This document shows positions 1-13,709 of a stretch of DNA of 64,000 nt, piece by piece; position 1 is the first letter of the stretch; each line of letters begins with the position of its first letter. The stretch is from assembly GCA_951406725.2 (NCBI GenBank), contig OX597822.1, positions 31,062,001-31,126,000 of the forward strand, in the 5' to 3' direction. Both the position numbers and the translations under genes were made by a program. A model generated the notes under the pieces. It made no database searches, was not told the origin of the DNA, and worked only from the letters and a program-made list of their open reading frames with translations. Source of the DNA: Octopus vulgaris (taxonomy: Eukaryota).

Positions 1-664
1 TTGGGCTGGCAAGCTAACCAACTGAATTGCTCATGTAACCAAGAAGCAAGCAATAGTTTATGTAAATGTTGAAATGATTAACTATCCGTCTCATAATGAT
101 AATGATAAAAATAATAAATGAACCATGAACCGTATGTGTGATACATATTGTTCCCGACATGCTGAAATGCGAAAAGCTTATCTGTCTCATATTGGGACTG
201 GAAAGGATTAAGGGGCACTATATTGGGTCGGATTGTCTCCAAAATTGACAGTGACATGTAAAAAGAGGCGGGGAAATGAGTGAACTAAATTAGAAACCTC
301 TATCTTAAAGGCTGCGGTTGCAAGAGCAACAAAAACCACACTTTGACAAGTGTTTGTCATTTCTCCCTTTCGCATGTCACCCTCTCTTCCTCGATCTCTC
401 TATTTCCTTCCTTCCCCCTACTTTCTCTCTATAACGACGCTTGAAAGCTTCGCTGTCTCTCTGTCATTCTTTCTCCCAGAACCGCTCCCACTGTCCGTCT
501 GTCTATAGATAGAAAGCGACGACAGCCGCAAAAGTTTAAATATTCCCGCCACAGGTTTTTAATTCCCGCCCACCACCACCGCACAATCATAAAATATATT
601 AATCAGGTATATTATGCTAATTTATATATATACACACACATAAGTTATATACACACACACACAT

Positions 665-744
<80 letters not shown>

Positions 745-747
<3 letters not shown>

Positions 748-1822
748 GTGTGTATATGTGGTCGGATTGAGCTGAAAATATGTACACCTATGTTAAAACT
801 GTTTGCAGGTATGCATGGCAAGTTTGAGTTTGCCCCTCTAGGGCAAAATTCCCATCTTTTAAAATGTGGCCCTCGTATACGCGAATGGAATCGGGTTATA
901 ATACCGAAGCAATAACACATATAAAATGAAGACGAACGTTGATACAAATTGGATTTTTATGTGAAAAGAGGTCTAAGTGGGGATGAAAGGGGATTGAAAT
1001 TTAAAGCAAGGGGTAACCAGCGAAATTAATTGGGAGATATTTTGGGGCGCTACAGTCGATGCTTTGGTGTGAAAACGGTGATTTTATTGATTTTTGGGTA
1101 CACTTTGGGCTCTAGACTGGACGCCTTTTGCCCGATTTTAATCACATTTTCAACATGGTAAATTGGAAGCGGATTTGTAATTTAAGCGCGGAAAATGGGT
1201 CGAAATTTTAAAAATTAAGGCAAAATTTTCCACGTTGAAAAAACATTTCTCAGTTTTATGTATTTTTGTCTTATATTTTTTATTGTTTACAGTTTTCATT
1301 TTTTCTGAAAGAAATTTACAGCTGCATGTAGCCTGTATATAGAGCTTTCATTTGCATGGGTAATCGTCGAAAAATACCCCAAATAAATACTAAATTTAAC
1401 AAAGAAATCCTTTTTTCCTTATTTTTAATCGCTCAAAAAGTGGCACGTACAAAAGGCAAGTGTACTTTCCGTTGTCACTGCCTGATATTTATGATTGATC
1501 TTTCAAAGTATATTTTTTTCAACTTACTCAAGATCTTTTGTTTTTTTTTATAAATGGGAGAGAGACAGATAGAGAAAGATAGAGTAAGGGAAAGCGAGGG
1601 AGAGTCCGAGAGAAAGGCAGAGTAAGAGAGTAGGAAAGGGAGAGAGAAAGGCAGAGTAAGAGAGTAGGAAAGGGAGAGAGAAAGGCAGAGTAAGAGAGTA
1701 GGAAAGGAAGAGAGAAAGGAGAGAGGATCTAAGGAGAATGTTGCGATAAGAAACAGAAAGGAGGCAACAGAAAGTAACAACCACATCCTCACCTGCGCGT
1801 AGAGCAGGTCACCTTAAACTAG
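745..1822 (+). mobile_element. Probable non-autonomous Helitron
   Basis: 3' end has hairpin ACCTGC(1791-1796)/GCAGGT(1804-1809), then 9 nt later CTAG(1819-1822)|T, the canonical Helitron terminus. Internal minisatellite present. The 5' end merges into (TA)n and is approximate. Confidence 0.5.
1607..1712 (+). repeat. 34-bp purine-rich minisatellite, about 3 copies
   Basis: GAGAGAAAGGCAGAGTAAGAGAGTAGGAAAGGGA repeated in tandem. Confidence 0.85.
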
Positions 1823-1881
<59 letters not shown>

Positions 1882-1892
1882 ACACATGCAAT

Positions 1893-2135
1893 AGGCGTGG
1901 TCTAGTAGTTGGGCTGTTGCGATCACGATTGCTAGATCGTGGGTTCGATTCCCTCTTTGGGCGGCACGTAGTGTTCTTGAGCAGAAACCTTCGTGTCACT
2001 TTGCTCCAGTCCCCCTTTCGATCAGGAGGAAATGCTGGCCTGGTCACTTAGCCAGCTTCGTCATCCGAAGGTTAAAACAATGTAAAACGCTTTGTAGCAC
2101 ATCTGAGAACTTGGTCGAACATGTGATCGTGTGAT
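1893..2135 (+). mobile_element. tRNA-derived SINE, family C (diverged)
   Basis: A box (GGCGTGGTCTAGTAG), B box (GGTTCGATTCC); body similar to 51615-51910; GTGAT-type tail. Confidence 0.75.
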
Positions 2136-5100
2136 ATATATATAAATATATATATATTTGCTCACACACACACCATATGAATTATCCGGCCCAAAAAACC
2201 TCTTCAATCCACTGTTTTGTGTATAAATACAATGATTTTAAATGTGAATGCCAAGTTTGTTTCGATTGTAGTGCACAACTTTATTTCATGTTATCTGGGT
2301 TTTTCTCTCATGTCATTTGTTAAGGTAAACACTTGTAAAAGAACATTTTTCTCAACTAAATTACTCTACCATTTTACTATCGATAAACATTTCCTTGAAT
2401 TGATATAAAAAAAATCTTACCTGTATATACTTTACTATTCCCTATCTGACTTAGTAGATATAAAGGGTACATCATTCGAAAAGGTTATATCTTTCTTAAA
2501 GAAAATTATATTCACTCGATAGTAATAATTTACTTTTTATATTTTTAATCCACCTAACGTGAAACAGCACTACCTTGCATGTCGAAACCCTCTATGGTCG
2601 GGCTCTATTGAATGATCGAAGCATATATTTCATTGCATGGAGACATGATAAATGGTTTCGTCAACCGTCTTTATGATGCTGCCGTTGTATGCTTGTCTTG
2701 CTGCAGAAATTCTGTATTTCTTATGGCTTTACAGTTTAATTTATCTCGCACTGAAAAATTATTTTGTGAAGCTTGCTTTAAAAATGTTCTGGATAAAAAT
2801 GATTTATATTTGTATTCTGTGTCTTTTGATTCTATATCTGCTTTGTAATTTAGTTGTTTTCATAAGCAACCGCAACTCAAAATCTGAAATTGCATTTGGT
2901 AGTGGGATAGGTTAATTTAAAGAATCATGGATTTGCCAAGTTATATATAATGCTATGTAACACCTATAAATATTGACTTTATCACAGTTTCTGTTCAAAA
3001 TTTTGTGACATATTTGTAAAGAGGATAAGTCCATAGGGAATATTATAACGAAGTTCTTTGTTGCACTTGTGAATGTATTAAAACTATAGGTTTTGTTAAA
3101 TCTATTAATGGAGGCTGGTTGCTCTGTTAATGAATATAATTAGTAGCAAATATGTAACTGCTCAACGCCTAGTCAGACGTGCGTCTGCTAACGACTGTAA
3201 TGTTCTTTATGACTGGCGATGGATGATTGATGTTTTTATTTTTTTTACGTTTGTGCACTCAGATTTTACCGTAAATTTTCCGTTTGCAGCATTTACAAAA
3301 GTTACTTTTATTTTAGAATTTATCCTTATTTTGCATTAAAAGGTTTTACTGTAACCTAGTTAGTATACATTTATATTTTTGTCATGCCTCTTCATGTCAT
3401 GAGACTCTGGCCAAACTGTCGTCGTCCCTGTAAATTTCTCTGGTGGTAGACAGAACTCTGTTTTCATTGTGTATAGGATGTCAAATCCAAACTAATGCAC
3501 AGATGCATCAAAGAAACTCATTTCCATATTTACCTATTAGAATGTATCTTTAAATTATATTATCAGTATAACTGTTAAGTATGTCAGGCAAAGTTTCACC
3601 AAATTCTATATTATTCACGAAAAACTTTCTGACATGGATACGTAGAATTATACAATAATTAAATATTTAACACAGCAGTCGATATATCGTTCTTGTTAGA
3701 GAAGTTAGATGTAGTGCTTCGATTCCGATCTTTGGAACTGTGTATCTTAGTTTCCAGTTTATAAAATCTAAAATATGTTTAATGACTATCTTTGTTATCA
3801 TATTGTCGGTTTAATAAAAGTACACACTTGGTTTCCTATTATTTCTTTGTGGGCTTTTACTGTTATGCAATGTCCGCGTGATTTTAGTATTTCTTTTCAA
3901 TCAGTTGTTTTATTGAAATGATATATAGAACAGTTGATTATTGCTTCTCTAATTACCTCTTAAGTTTTTGTCTTAAGCCAAGAAAGATGCTAGTGAATGC
4001 CCCTTACAATTAAGAGACAAATCCTCTTAAATCTTACCTTAATTTCTGAAGATGGGGTCGATATAGGCTTTAATTGTTTACGTCTTCCATGAAGCACTGA
4101 CGTCAGCTGTACTACCATTGTTCAATAGGATTGATGCGTGAGAACTGGTGTTCGGATATAAACTACTAGACTGGAATGAAAACTCGGAGCCTACAGGGAA
4201 GAATTCCTTTAGCCAAACGCAATAGATCGCTCTTTTAATGTGATATCATTTTGAGGCAACGTAACTTCATGATATTCTTTGTTCACCAATGTTCAGTGAC
4301 TGGAAATATGGATGGCAGATTGGGAGCAAATATTTCCGTGATATCCCATCTATAAGCTTACATACTAATGTACCAAACATGATTGAGGGAGTCATTTCTG
4401 TTTGCCTTCGGATGAGTAATACATTGTTAATACCTCCCGGTACTGTAAGGTGTATGTGTTTAGAGACGCGTGATTGTATTGCACTTGCATATATTAATAA
4501 AATGCGACCACTGAAGGCGGCGTGGACTGAAATATTCCAGTGAAATTTTAAACTTCTTTAACTTCAAAAGAAAGAAATTACTGTGAAGCGTGGCATATAT
4601 TTTATGAAGTTGGCCCAACAGAAATTCGATGATACGATTCAAGGGAAAGTGACAGCATGACTGAATTTGAACGGAGATTTGAAACTTTTATGGATAACGT
4701 GCATATGACAACTGTGCCCAGGGTACGCTACCCATAGTGGACATGATAGAACAAATCTCATCATATTCTATTGGAAACTATGTTTCAAAAGCTCCGCCAC
4801 ACCTAATTCAAGTCATAATAGTCTTAAAGGTGGCATCGACTAGGGCATATTGATTCAAACGTACCTTCTTATGAAAATGAGTTTCAAAAAACCTGTATTA
4901 CGGAAATAGATTAATTTTGTAATTGTTTCATTAAAGCGTAATGTAGGAAAGAATTTAATCAAGTTTAATCAAGTTTACCTTCTTTACATTATCATGAGGA
5001 AAAACAAATTTATGTTATGGGTAATAATGAAGAAATTTAAAACTTTAAATTAATAGTTAATTGTTAACATAGAATAAATCAACGAAAGCTTTTCGAAATA

Positions 5101-5594
5101 AAAGATAAATATGACATTGCTTGAATAGACTAAAATTATATTACTCTATATGGAAAAACCATAAATCAGCAATGGCTTCTTTCCTAGAAAAATAACAATC
5201 TTATCATTTAAAGAGGATTCATATTGTATATTATTCATGCTTTTCTCGAATACATTATCAATTTTAAGTGACGTTGTGTGGATATAAATGGAAACTGAAA
5301 TCAGAATCAGCGCAATATCAGATATTTTCGTTTCTTCACGAAAAGGTTTGTACGCACAGGCAGACATACACGCACACACACACACACACACACACGCACA
5401 CCCACACCCACCCACACACACACACACACAAACGCACACATATATATATTATGTTTATATAGGCATATACATATGTGTATACAAATACAATATATGTGCC
5501 TATATATATCTATATAAAAACACCCAAACAGACACACACACACACTTGTTTATATAGGCATATACATATGTTTATATAAATACAAGTATACGTA

Positions 5595-5713
<119 letters not shown>

Positions 5714-6237
5714 ATCCACACACAGACACACACATTTATATCTGTTTGTGTGCATGTGAGTGTATGTATATGTATCCATATATATGTATATATATATATA
5801 TATATATACATTGATACTTAACAATATAATCCTAATATAAACAGATAACCAAAGCCAAACAAATCTTATTCCATTAGCAACGGACTGAAGGAAATAAATA
5901 TTTCTATGGAATATTATTCATAATTATGCATAGATACACGCACGATTTCACGTGCATACATGGTCATATATAAATACGCTGTTGTCGTTTACTTCAGTTC
6001 GTTATCCAGACTGGTACTCTAATATCGTTAATAATTCTCTTATGTTGCATTAATAAATATCTATTCTGATATAGCATTTATAAATACAGACGTTTTATGG
6101 AATTGCAGCAAACATCTCTAATAACACTAGATTTTATTCGTTTTTACCTAATATAATCATGAGATCATGCTATATGGTTCAATAGTAAACAACTAATGCA
6201 TATGTATATATATATATATATATATGTATTAATCCAA

Positions 6238-6345
6238 AGATGTTTACATACATAACTGTTTATAGAGTCTGAGCTATAGCCATAGACATTGCATGACTTT
6301 CTATTTCTGTTACAGTTGCCACCCGACACAGACCGGGGAAAAAGA
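6238..6345 (-). pseudogene. CTL domain C-terminal relic
   Basis: Reads GGNC...SINSYVCK. Confidence 0.4.
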
Positions 6346-6403
6346 GTGATCGATATACGTTTATGTAATATATGTTCACACACACACATACATGTATATG
6401 TAC

Positions 6404-6439
<36 letters not shown>

Positions 6440-6459
6440 TGCATGCATGCATATATATA

Positions 6460-6503
<44 letters not shown>

Positions 6504-6508
6504 TATAT

Positions 6509-6654
<146 letters not shown>

Positions 6655-7014
6655 TCAAACTATGTGGGTATTATACGAATATACAGTTTTAAATAGAATG
6701 TTTAGGTATAACGTATTAGCCTTTGCTGTGGAAAGTGAATTAGCAGACCGATAAGGTGCATTCGTGAGAGCAGAAAGGTCGCTGTTTCCATTTTGTTACC
6801 GGTGCTTCATATCAAATGGGAATTAATGTTTCGCGACCTAAGTAATCGACAGTTGCACACTTTGAGGTTTAGCGTATTACTCTGAGTAACCGAGTGGATA
6901 CTCGTTGAACCCTTTTGTTTTATAACCTGGGTAACAATCATGGTTGACAATATTATACAAAAGTTGCTCAGGCAACGAGGTAACAAATACGATATCACTG
7001 CGTACGAAATACGT

Positions 7015-7170
7015 AACTCGGTTTCGTTTGCTTTTACGTTCTCAGTTCAAATTCCCCAAATGTTCTCAAGCCTTTCATCCTTTCAAAGCGGATAGGATGA
7101 ATACCAATCAGTTACTGGGGTCGATCTCATCGGCCAACACCCTCCCTCAAAATTTCAAACTATGTACCTA
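7015..7170 (+). mobile_element. SINE family B fragment (Meta-domain-like)
   Basis: GTTCAAATTCC B box plus GCCTTTCATCCTTTC...TACC core. Confidence 0.65.
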
Positions 7171-7199
7171 TAATAGATAAGGTATTATGCAAAAGCTGA

Positions 7200-7396
7200 A
7201 GATTCACTTGAGAAGAAATCTCCAAGATAAACATAGTGTGGAATTACTATATCGTAAATATACATTATCTGAATAGGAACCATGTGAGCCTAATCTGCAA
7301 GTATTTAAGATCATGCCACAAAAAAGTCCCGTTGGAAGAAGCCGTGTATATTTGTTTTACAAATACTATGTTCACAGGTATTCCTTCACACCTATT
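7200..7396 (-). pseudogene. CTL domain relic
   Basis: SSNGTFLWHD (GtF.W.D motif) downstream of an acceptor-like ttcttaaatAG. Confidence 0.4.
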
Positions 7397-7851
7397 TAAG
7401 AAAATGAAGGTGCCAAAAAAATAAGAAAAGAGAATAAAAACGCTTTTTTTGTACATTTAACTCCAGGGCAAACTTAATCAAACAGCCATGTAATGAAAGT
7501 TTTAACACATGTAACAGCATCTTTTAATCATATTGTGCAACAACTATCATTATTCTCTTTTTACATCACAGTCTTTAGAGTTGCTGACGATATGCATGTT
7601 ATTTCTTATTATTCATGTGATAAAGTTAGTTTCCCTTAATATCTAGGCGCAGTTGTATCATAAGAAATTTATGAGGAAGATTTTTGATTGTATAATCACA
7701 AAATATTCCAGTAATACACGAGCACATATTGAATACAAAGTTATAACGTGGTCAGAAAAAATCCGTATTATGCCAGTGCAATAGCGCGTGTGGTTGAATT
7801 TAGTGAATACACAAACATTTAACTCATTTTACATGATATATATACATACAT

Positions 7852-7896
<45 letters not shown>

Positions 7897-7924
7897 TATA
7901 TATATTCATATATATATATATTCA

Positions 7925-7968
<44 letters not shown>

Positions 7969-8041
7969 CATATCTATCTATCTATAAGTCTGTCTATATA
8001 TATATATATACATGTATATAATATATATATATATATACATG

Positions 8042-8122
<81 letters not shown>

Positions 8123-8950
8123 ATCAACGTTTGCGTTTGCTTCTAGAATATATAAGTATTTGTGAATATGAGATACATCCTTCCGTTTATACGTTTCAAT
8201 ATAGACAAACCGAGTTGCATTTTCTTTTATTTTTCATTGCTAACTTTTTCAATGTTTTCATATCAGCACCTGACAACTACAACTGATGTAGAGCAATAAA
8301 GTTTCTAAATCCTGAATCCCTGTTCCAGGTGTTCACAGTCTCCTTTCCATGAACTGGAATAAATTAGGCTTCCGTGTGCTTCATTTACAGGCGAAATTTT
8401 TGAAGACATTTCTGACAAAAGGCTAGGCTTTCACGTCAGGTAATAAGTTGTTTTGTTGTGGTCAAATATTTTGATTCTTCCGCCTGCATATTAGCAGCAA
8501 CCTGTTTATGCTTTGATCTCTGTGGTGTTTGAGTGTCCATTTTCGCATTGTACTGCAATATAATCTAAACTCCATCATTATTAATCTACTTTTGAGACGA
8601 ATTTAATAAAGTATATGTTATCATCTAAGATTTCTCTGTCAAAGTTTGTTTTGTGAGTGCTTAGAAGCGGTTTGGCATATTTATAGGTTTTCTTTTGAAT
8701 TTACAGTCTGGAGTATGTTAGTTTTGATAATATTTTGTCTAATATGGGAAACTTATAGGTGGTGTTGGGGCGTCATGATACAATAAAATGAAAGGATGAT
8801 GAAAAATGGTTCTTTTGATTAGAAATTATTTCTGTGGATCCAGATGCTCAACCCGCTGGATATATCTAATAATTCGCTACTCCCGTAGACGCTGCATAGT
8901 GTACCATCGTAAATAAAATAAAATAAAATAAAATTAAACTAAAATTAATA

Positions 8951-9141
8951 CAGTAATCCCTCACCTTATCACGCATTCAGTACATCTCAGATTTTTCTGC
9001 CTAATATATATAAAATTATGTTGTGGACTTGTAAGTATATCCAGGTTTCTGCGGCCGATGGGTATTTATATTCTTTTAGATTTTAATTATTTCTGTGGGA
9101 GGTTTTGGAACGTAACACCTACGATAGTCGAGGGATTATTG
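8951..9141. mobile_element. Tc1/mariner-pogo type MITE
   Basis: TIRs CAGTAATCCCTC... / ...GAGGGATTATTG, flanked by TA on both sides. Confidence 0.75.
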
Positions 9142-9149
9142 TATTGAGA

Positions 9150-9525
9150 TTCTCACAAACCAGGAATCTCTCTTAGAGACAACTACTACGGCTTCTGCAG
9201 AACCAGGTCCATCATCAACATCCTCTCTCATGTTATTCTCAAGTGGAATTTTGCTTTAAGAGAAGTTTGATGTAAGAAATGCTACCCTAGAAGTTAGGGA
9301 AGATTTCGACTGTGTATACCATTCAAATATCCTATCAAATCCTTCCGCCTACAGACTCCACCCTTCACTAACCTTGATTTAGAAGCTTCCTCTCGAATTG
9401 CACAACCGAGTTGCATTTTCATTTATTTTTTTCATTGCTAACTTTTTAATGTTTTCGTATCAGTTCCTGATAACTAATGCAGAGCACAAATTTTTCTAAC
9501 ATCCGTTCCCAGGTGTTCACACTCT
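9150..9525 (-). pseudogene. Nearly complete decayed CTL domain
   Basis: With frameshifts: TWE-DVRKICALH..GTD / EGWSL / RIFEWYTQS / TWFC.SRSSCL*ERFLVCEN. Confidence 0.55.
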
Positions 9526-9624
9526 CATGGAGTATGTCACTTTTGATAATGTTTTGTTTGTGGTATGAGCTGACAGCGAATTATGTGAATAACGGCCTCT
9601 GATATTTTGGTGGTTTGTTTCCTT

Positions 9625-9890
9625 CCTCTGATTTTCTTTTTGCTGCTATAATGTTTTCTGCGCCACGGAGCTGGCTGTCATCGTACTTCCACCAAAAACA
9701 GATTACCTCGCCCCACGCATTCTTCCGTCTGTCGTAACTCTAGGTGTGTTCATCCCGCACTAACCAGTATTGCAGTCATTTCTGTCCACGAAATCACCTT
9801 CAGCCAGCTCATGTCATTGCTACAGGTGTTAAAGAGCAACATTTTAAAATGAAATTGCAACAATTTCCCACTCTCGAAAATCCTGCAAAG
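9625..9890 (-). pseudogene. Decayed CTL domain
   Basis: SGKLLQFH / AEGDF-WT / YW..RDE / TEECVG / W..YDDS, in CTL order. Confidence 0.5.
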
Positions 9891-9949
9891 ATCATGAGCA
9901 ATAGCTCACTCAGTCCCTCATTGTTTCTTCAAATACATTCTTTTATACT

Positions 9950-10145
9950 TTCTTTTACTTGTTTTACGCATTTAACTGCGGCCATGCCGGAGCACCGCCT
10001 TTGTTCGAACAGATGAACCCCAGGACTTATTCTTTGTAAGCCTAGTACTTATTTTGTCGGTCTCCATTGCTGAACCGTTATTTTATGGCGAGGGAAACAC
10101 ACCATCATCGGATGTCAAACGATGGAGGGTGGACAAACACAGACA
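9950..10145 (-). mobile_element. SINE family A, 3' half (5' half at 12871-13015)
   Basis: Reverse complement matches the ATAAGTACTAGGCTTACAAAGAATAAG...GGCGGTGCTCC.GCATGGCCGCAG tail of full copies. Confidence 0.8.
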
Positions 10146-10222
10146 CACATTGAGAACTATATACATACTTAAATACACACACACACTCACATACAGACAT
10201 ATATATATATATATATATATAT

Positions 10223-10421
10223 AGTAAAGCCCCCCACACAAAAAAAACAAAGAACAAACACAAAAACAACAAGGCGAGGACGTGGTACATGTAAAGTATT
10301 AGCAGACGCTCTGGGAAGGAAAAACAAGATGGTTTAACGTTTCAAGCAAAGCTCTTCTTGAGAAACAGGAAGTTCAATAGAAAAGGAAGACAGAGGAAAA
10401 AAATCGCCAACGATTCACATA
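10223..10421 (-). mobile_element. Penelope-like terminal-repeat fragment with degenerate hammerhead (10331-10366)
   Basis: Homologous to 44790-44990; reverse complement GTTT CTCAAGA A GAGC TTT GCTT GAAA CGTT AAAC. Confidence 0.55.
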
Positions 10422-10477
10422 TGCCTTATTTACATTATTTAGAATTAACAGATATTAGAATTGACATTATTTAGAAT

Positions 10478-10729
<252 letters not shown>

Positions 10730-10731
<2 letters not shown>

Positions 10732-12089
10732 TGTCAGCTCGACAGAAAAATAAGGAAACTGTTGACAATGCATAGAATGCACCACCCTAAGGCAGATACA
10801 GAACGACTCTATCTGCCAAGAAAAGAGGGAGGCCGTGGTCTTTTGCAACTGGCAATAACAATGAAGATTGCTACAATTGGCCTAGACACCTACCTGAAAA
10901 ACTCTGAGGACTGGATGCTAAAACTTGTCTCAAAACATGAAAACAAGAAAGCATCATACTCAGTCACAAAACAGGCAAAGGAATATCTAAGTGAATTCCG
11001 AATACAACCAATTTCGGAATTAGAGATAGATATACAAGAAACAAGCACAGAAAAAGCTAGGCGCATGAAAACCCGTGCCAAAACTGCGGCCTTAGATATT
11101 CTGAATAATAAATGGCAAGAAAAACCTCTCTATGGCTAATACCCGAAGAGAGCGAATAATGCAGATATCGACAAAGCCCTGACCCATCAATGGCTAATGG
11201 CCTCTGGCTTAAAATCTGAAACAGAGGGGTTTATCATAGCAGCTCAAGATCAATGCCTACCAACAAGAAACTACCAGGCCAACATATTAAAGATCAGAAG
11301 CAGTCCAACGTGTCGTGTATGCAAGCAACAAAATGAAACCATTGACCATGTGGTCTCCAAGTGCAGTTTTCTAGCGCCTACAGAGTATCTCAACAGGCAC
11401 GATAGAGCTGCACAATATATTCACTGGGTAATCTGTAAAAACCTGGATTTGCCCCATGAAAAAAACTGGTGGGAACACAAACCACCCCCAGTGCTTGAAA
11501 ATGACCACATCTCACTCCTCTGGAACTTCACCATTCAAACTGACAGGAAGATAGATGCAAATAGGCCAGACATCATATTGAAAGACTTCAAACAAAGAAC
11601 ATGCCTCCTCATTGATATGACTGTCCCAATCGATATAAACGTATCTGTCAAGACCTACCAAAAACTGAGCAAATATAAATATCTTGAAATAGAAATCAGC
11701 AAAATGTGGAAGCTAAAGACTAAAACAATACCTGTTGTCATAGGTGCCCTGGGAATGATAGCAAAAGGGGCTGATAGCTACCTAACTCAGATACCAGGAA
11801 ATCCAAAAATGGCAGAAGTTCAAAAGATAGTGCTCATGGGAACTGCTCATATCCTTCGCAAAATACTCTCTATGTAATCTCAAGGTTTAAAACAAACATA
11901 ATTTTCGGTTTAAAAAAAAAAAAAAAAAACCTTTTTTTTAGACATTCATTAGTACAACATCCCCACCCCACCAAATATATGGCACACTAGGCATAACAAC
12001 AACATGAACTTCCAACCCTGTTGTCTCTTGAGGTCTCTGGGTGAGACTTGGAGCCAACTTGTACAAATATAAGGCAAAAGTCAAACATA

Positions 12090-12090
<1 letters not shown>
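10730..12090 (+). mobile_element. 5'-truncated R4/Dong-clade non-LTR retrotransposon (RT C-terminus, CCHC knuckle, restriction-like endonuclease, 3' UTR)
   Basis: ORFs 10762-11139 and 11197-11877 are in one frame split by a single TAA. Motifs RLYLPRKEGGRGL, CRVC..ETIDHVVSKC, RHD, RPDI, IDMTVP, K..KY..L. Flanked by (AAT)n on both sides. Confidence 0.9.

Positions 12091-12158
<68 letters not shown>
12091..12158. repeat. (AAT)n microsatellite
   Basis: Direct inspection. Confidence 0.95.
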
Positions 12159-12160
<2 letters not shown>

Positions 12161-12645
12161 TTGTTTTGTCTAGGTATAAAATGTGGGCTACAGCAAATAT
12201 TCTGCTCAATACCACAGATTTGCTTGTCAGTTGTTTGACCTTAACCAGTTGAGCATGTCCCTTAGTGGCTGACGATATGTGCATCTCTGATCACGAGCAG
12301 AAGTAGTGGGGGAGCATCATAGCCATGTGTTGAGAGGGATTCTTTGGGGTTTGAATAATTCACCTCTGGAAACATGGGTGGTTCTTTCAACATCCTTAAA
12401 CAACCCTTATTCAGGGACCTTTTGAGCGGGATGGGCTACTCAACCTGAAGAAAATTCTAACTGGGCCCCACCTGCAAGGTCATGTGCTGTTTATCTTGAT
12501 ATGAGATCACCATGTCGCGCACATATGGTTGTGATGCATGTGCCTGGTGTACCCTTATCAGACGGGTAGTCATGATGGGTATATTGGGCTTCGTATATTT
12601 TACCCCAGTGTCACTTTGATGGCATGAACTGCTCTCTCACTCAAT
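12159..12645. mobile_element. Second non-coding interspersed element between (AAT)n and (AAC)n, probably the 3' end of another microsatellite-targeting retroelement
   Basis: GC-richer block of about 490 bp bounded by trinucleotide repeats; no informative ORF. Confidence 0.4.
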
Positions 12646-12669
12646 TACAACAACAACAACAACAACAAC

Positions 12670-12844
12670 ATCGAAAAATACGCTAGGGATGAGAACCCAA
12701 GTTCGAAATTTCCCCAAGACACCTGATGAAGGCTGGAGGGTGTATCAGCTGAAACCTTAGTGTTAATAACAAACAAGATGAGCACAAATATCCGTCAATT
12801 GTAAATCATGTACATAATTCTTCATCTCTTAAATATAGAAGTGT
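12670..12844 (+). mobile_element. Penelope-like terminal repeat with hammerhead motif (12719-12763)
   Basis: ACAC CTGATGA A GGCTG..CAGCT GAAA CCTTA GTGT; partial inverted copy at about 10427-10460. Confidence 0.6.
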
Positions 12845-12870
12845 GATTCACATGTGGTTACATTCTGAAA

Positions 12871-13015
12871 CGGCGGCTTCTTTCAGTCTACCAAATCCTC
12901 TCACAAGGCTTTGGTCGTCTCAAGACTATAGTAGAATACACTTGCGCAAGTTGCCAGACAGTGGGACCCAACCCGGAACCATATGACGGGGAACAAGTTT
13001 CTTTCCACTCAGCCT
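12871..13015 (-). mobile_element. SINE family A, 5' half
   Basis: Reverse complement matches the head GGCTG.GTGG.AAG...GGTTCCGGGTT..GTCCCACTG...GATTTGGTAGAC..GAAAGAAGCC. Confidence 0.75.
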
Positions 13016-13709
13016 AAGTAATTTTACTACTAATCATCTACTAAGTACTCTTATAATCGTAAATTGGTAATTCCTACCATCAATAAACAATGAATTGTGT
13101 CTTTCCACTTAAAAAAAACAATACGCAGCATTAAAGTAGTATCTCTGAGAAAGCAAATTAGTGATATCGTATTCTAATAGGATAGAATTTCTCTCGTTAA
13201 GAAGAGAAATCTATCAACATCAAGCAATAGAGGCAGTAACTCTAAGAATTTATATAAATTTCAGTTTGGATCTGCAGTGTATCAAAACAACTTGTCCAAC
13301 TACCATTTCGAATGCATTGGTCTTCCATAAAAGACTGATAGTTGAATGAACGGAGGCAAAAAATTCGGGGAAAGCAAATTACGTATAGTAAAGCAGTTAT
13401 GCTCTACAAAATGTAGACTGTGCATTTACACGAGCTTTTGTTAAACGTAAGAGAGTCAGCCAGCCAGAGAGACAGACAGACGGACAGGCATACATGCAGA
13501 GAGACAGACAAATACAAACATACATAAACTCACACATACACACACAATACACAAACACACATACACGCACAGGCACACATTCACACATGGTGACAGTGAA
13601 GTCTGGATACATTTGGTATATCTCTAATATTCTGTTTCTTTCTGTAACCCATGGGTTCAGGTTTTACGGTTATCCTGCATATATTTATGCGCGGATGTGT
13701 TTGTTATTT

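Noticed and set aside
4080-4780. Possible very old CR1-like RT C-terminal relic (and a mariner-like relic at about 39300-39560)
   Set aside because: Motif similarity too weak to support by eye
8235-8300. Plus-strand branch point (CTAAC) and acceptor duplicated at 8235-8266 and about 9435-9463
   Set aside because: All three downstream frames stop quickly; the region is better explained as minus-strand CTL sequence
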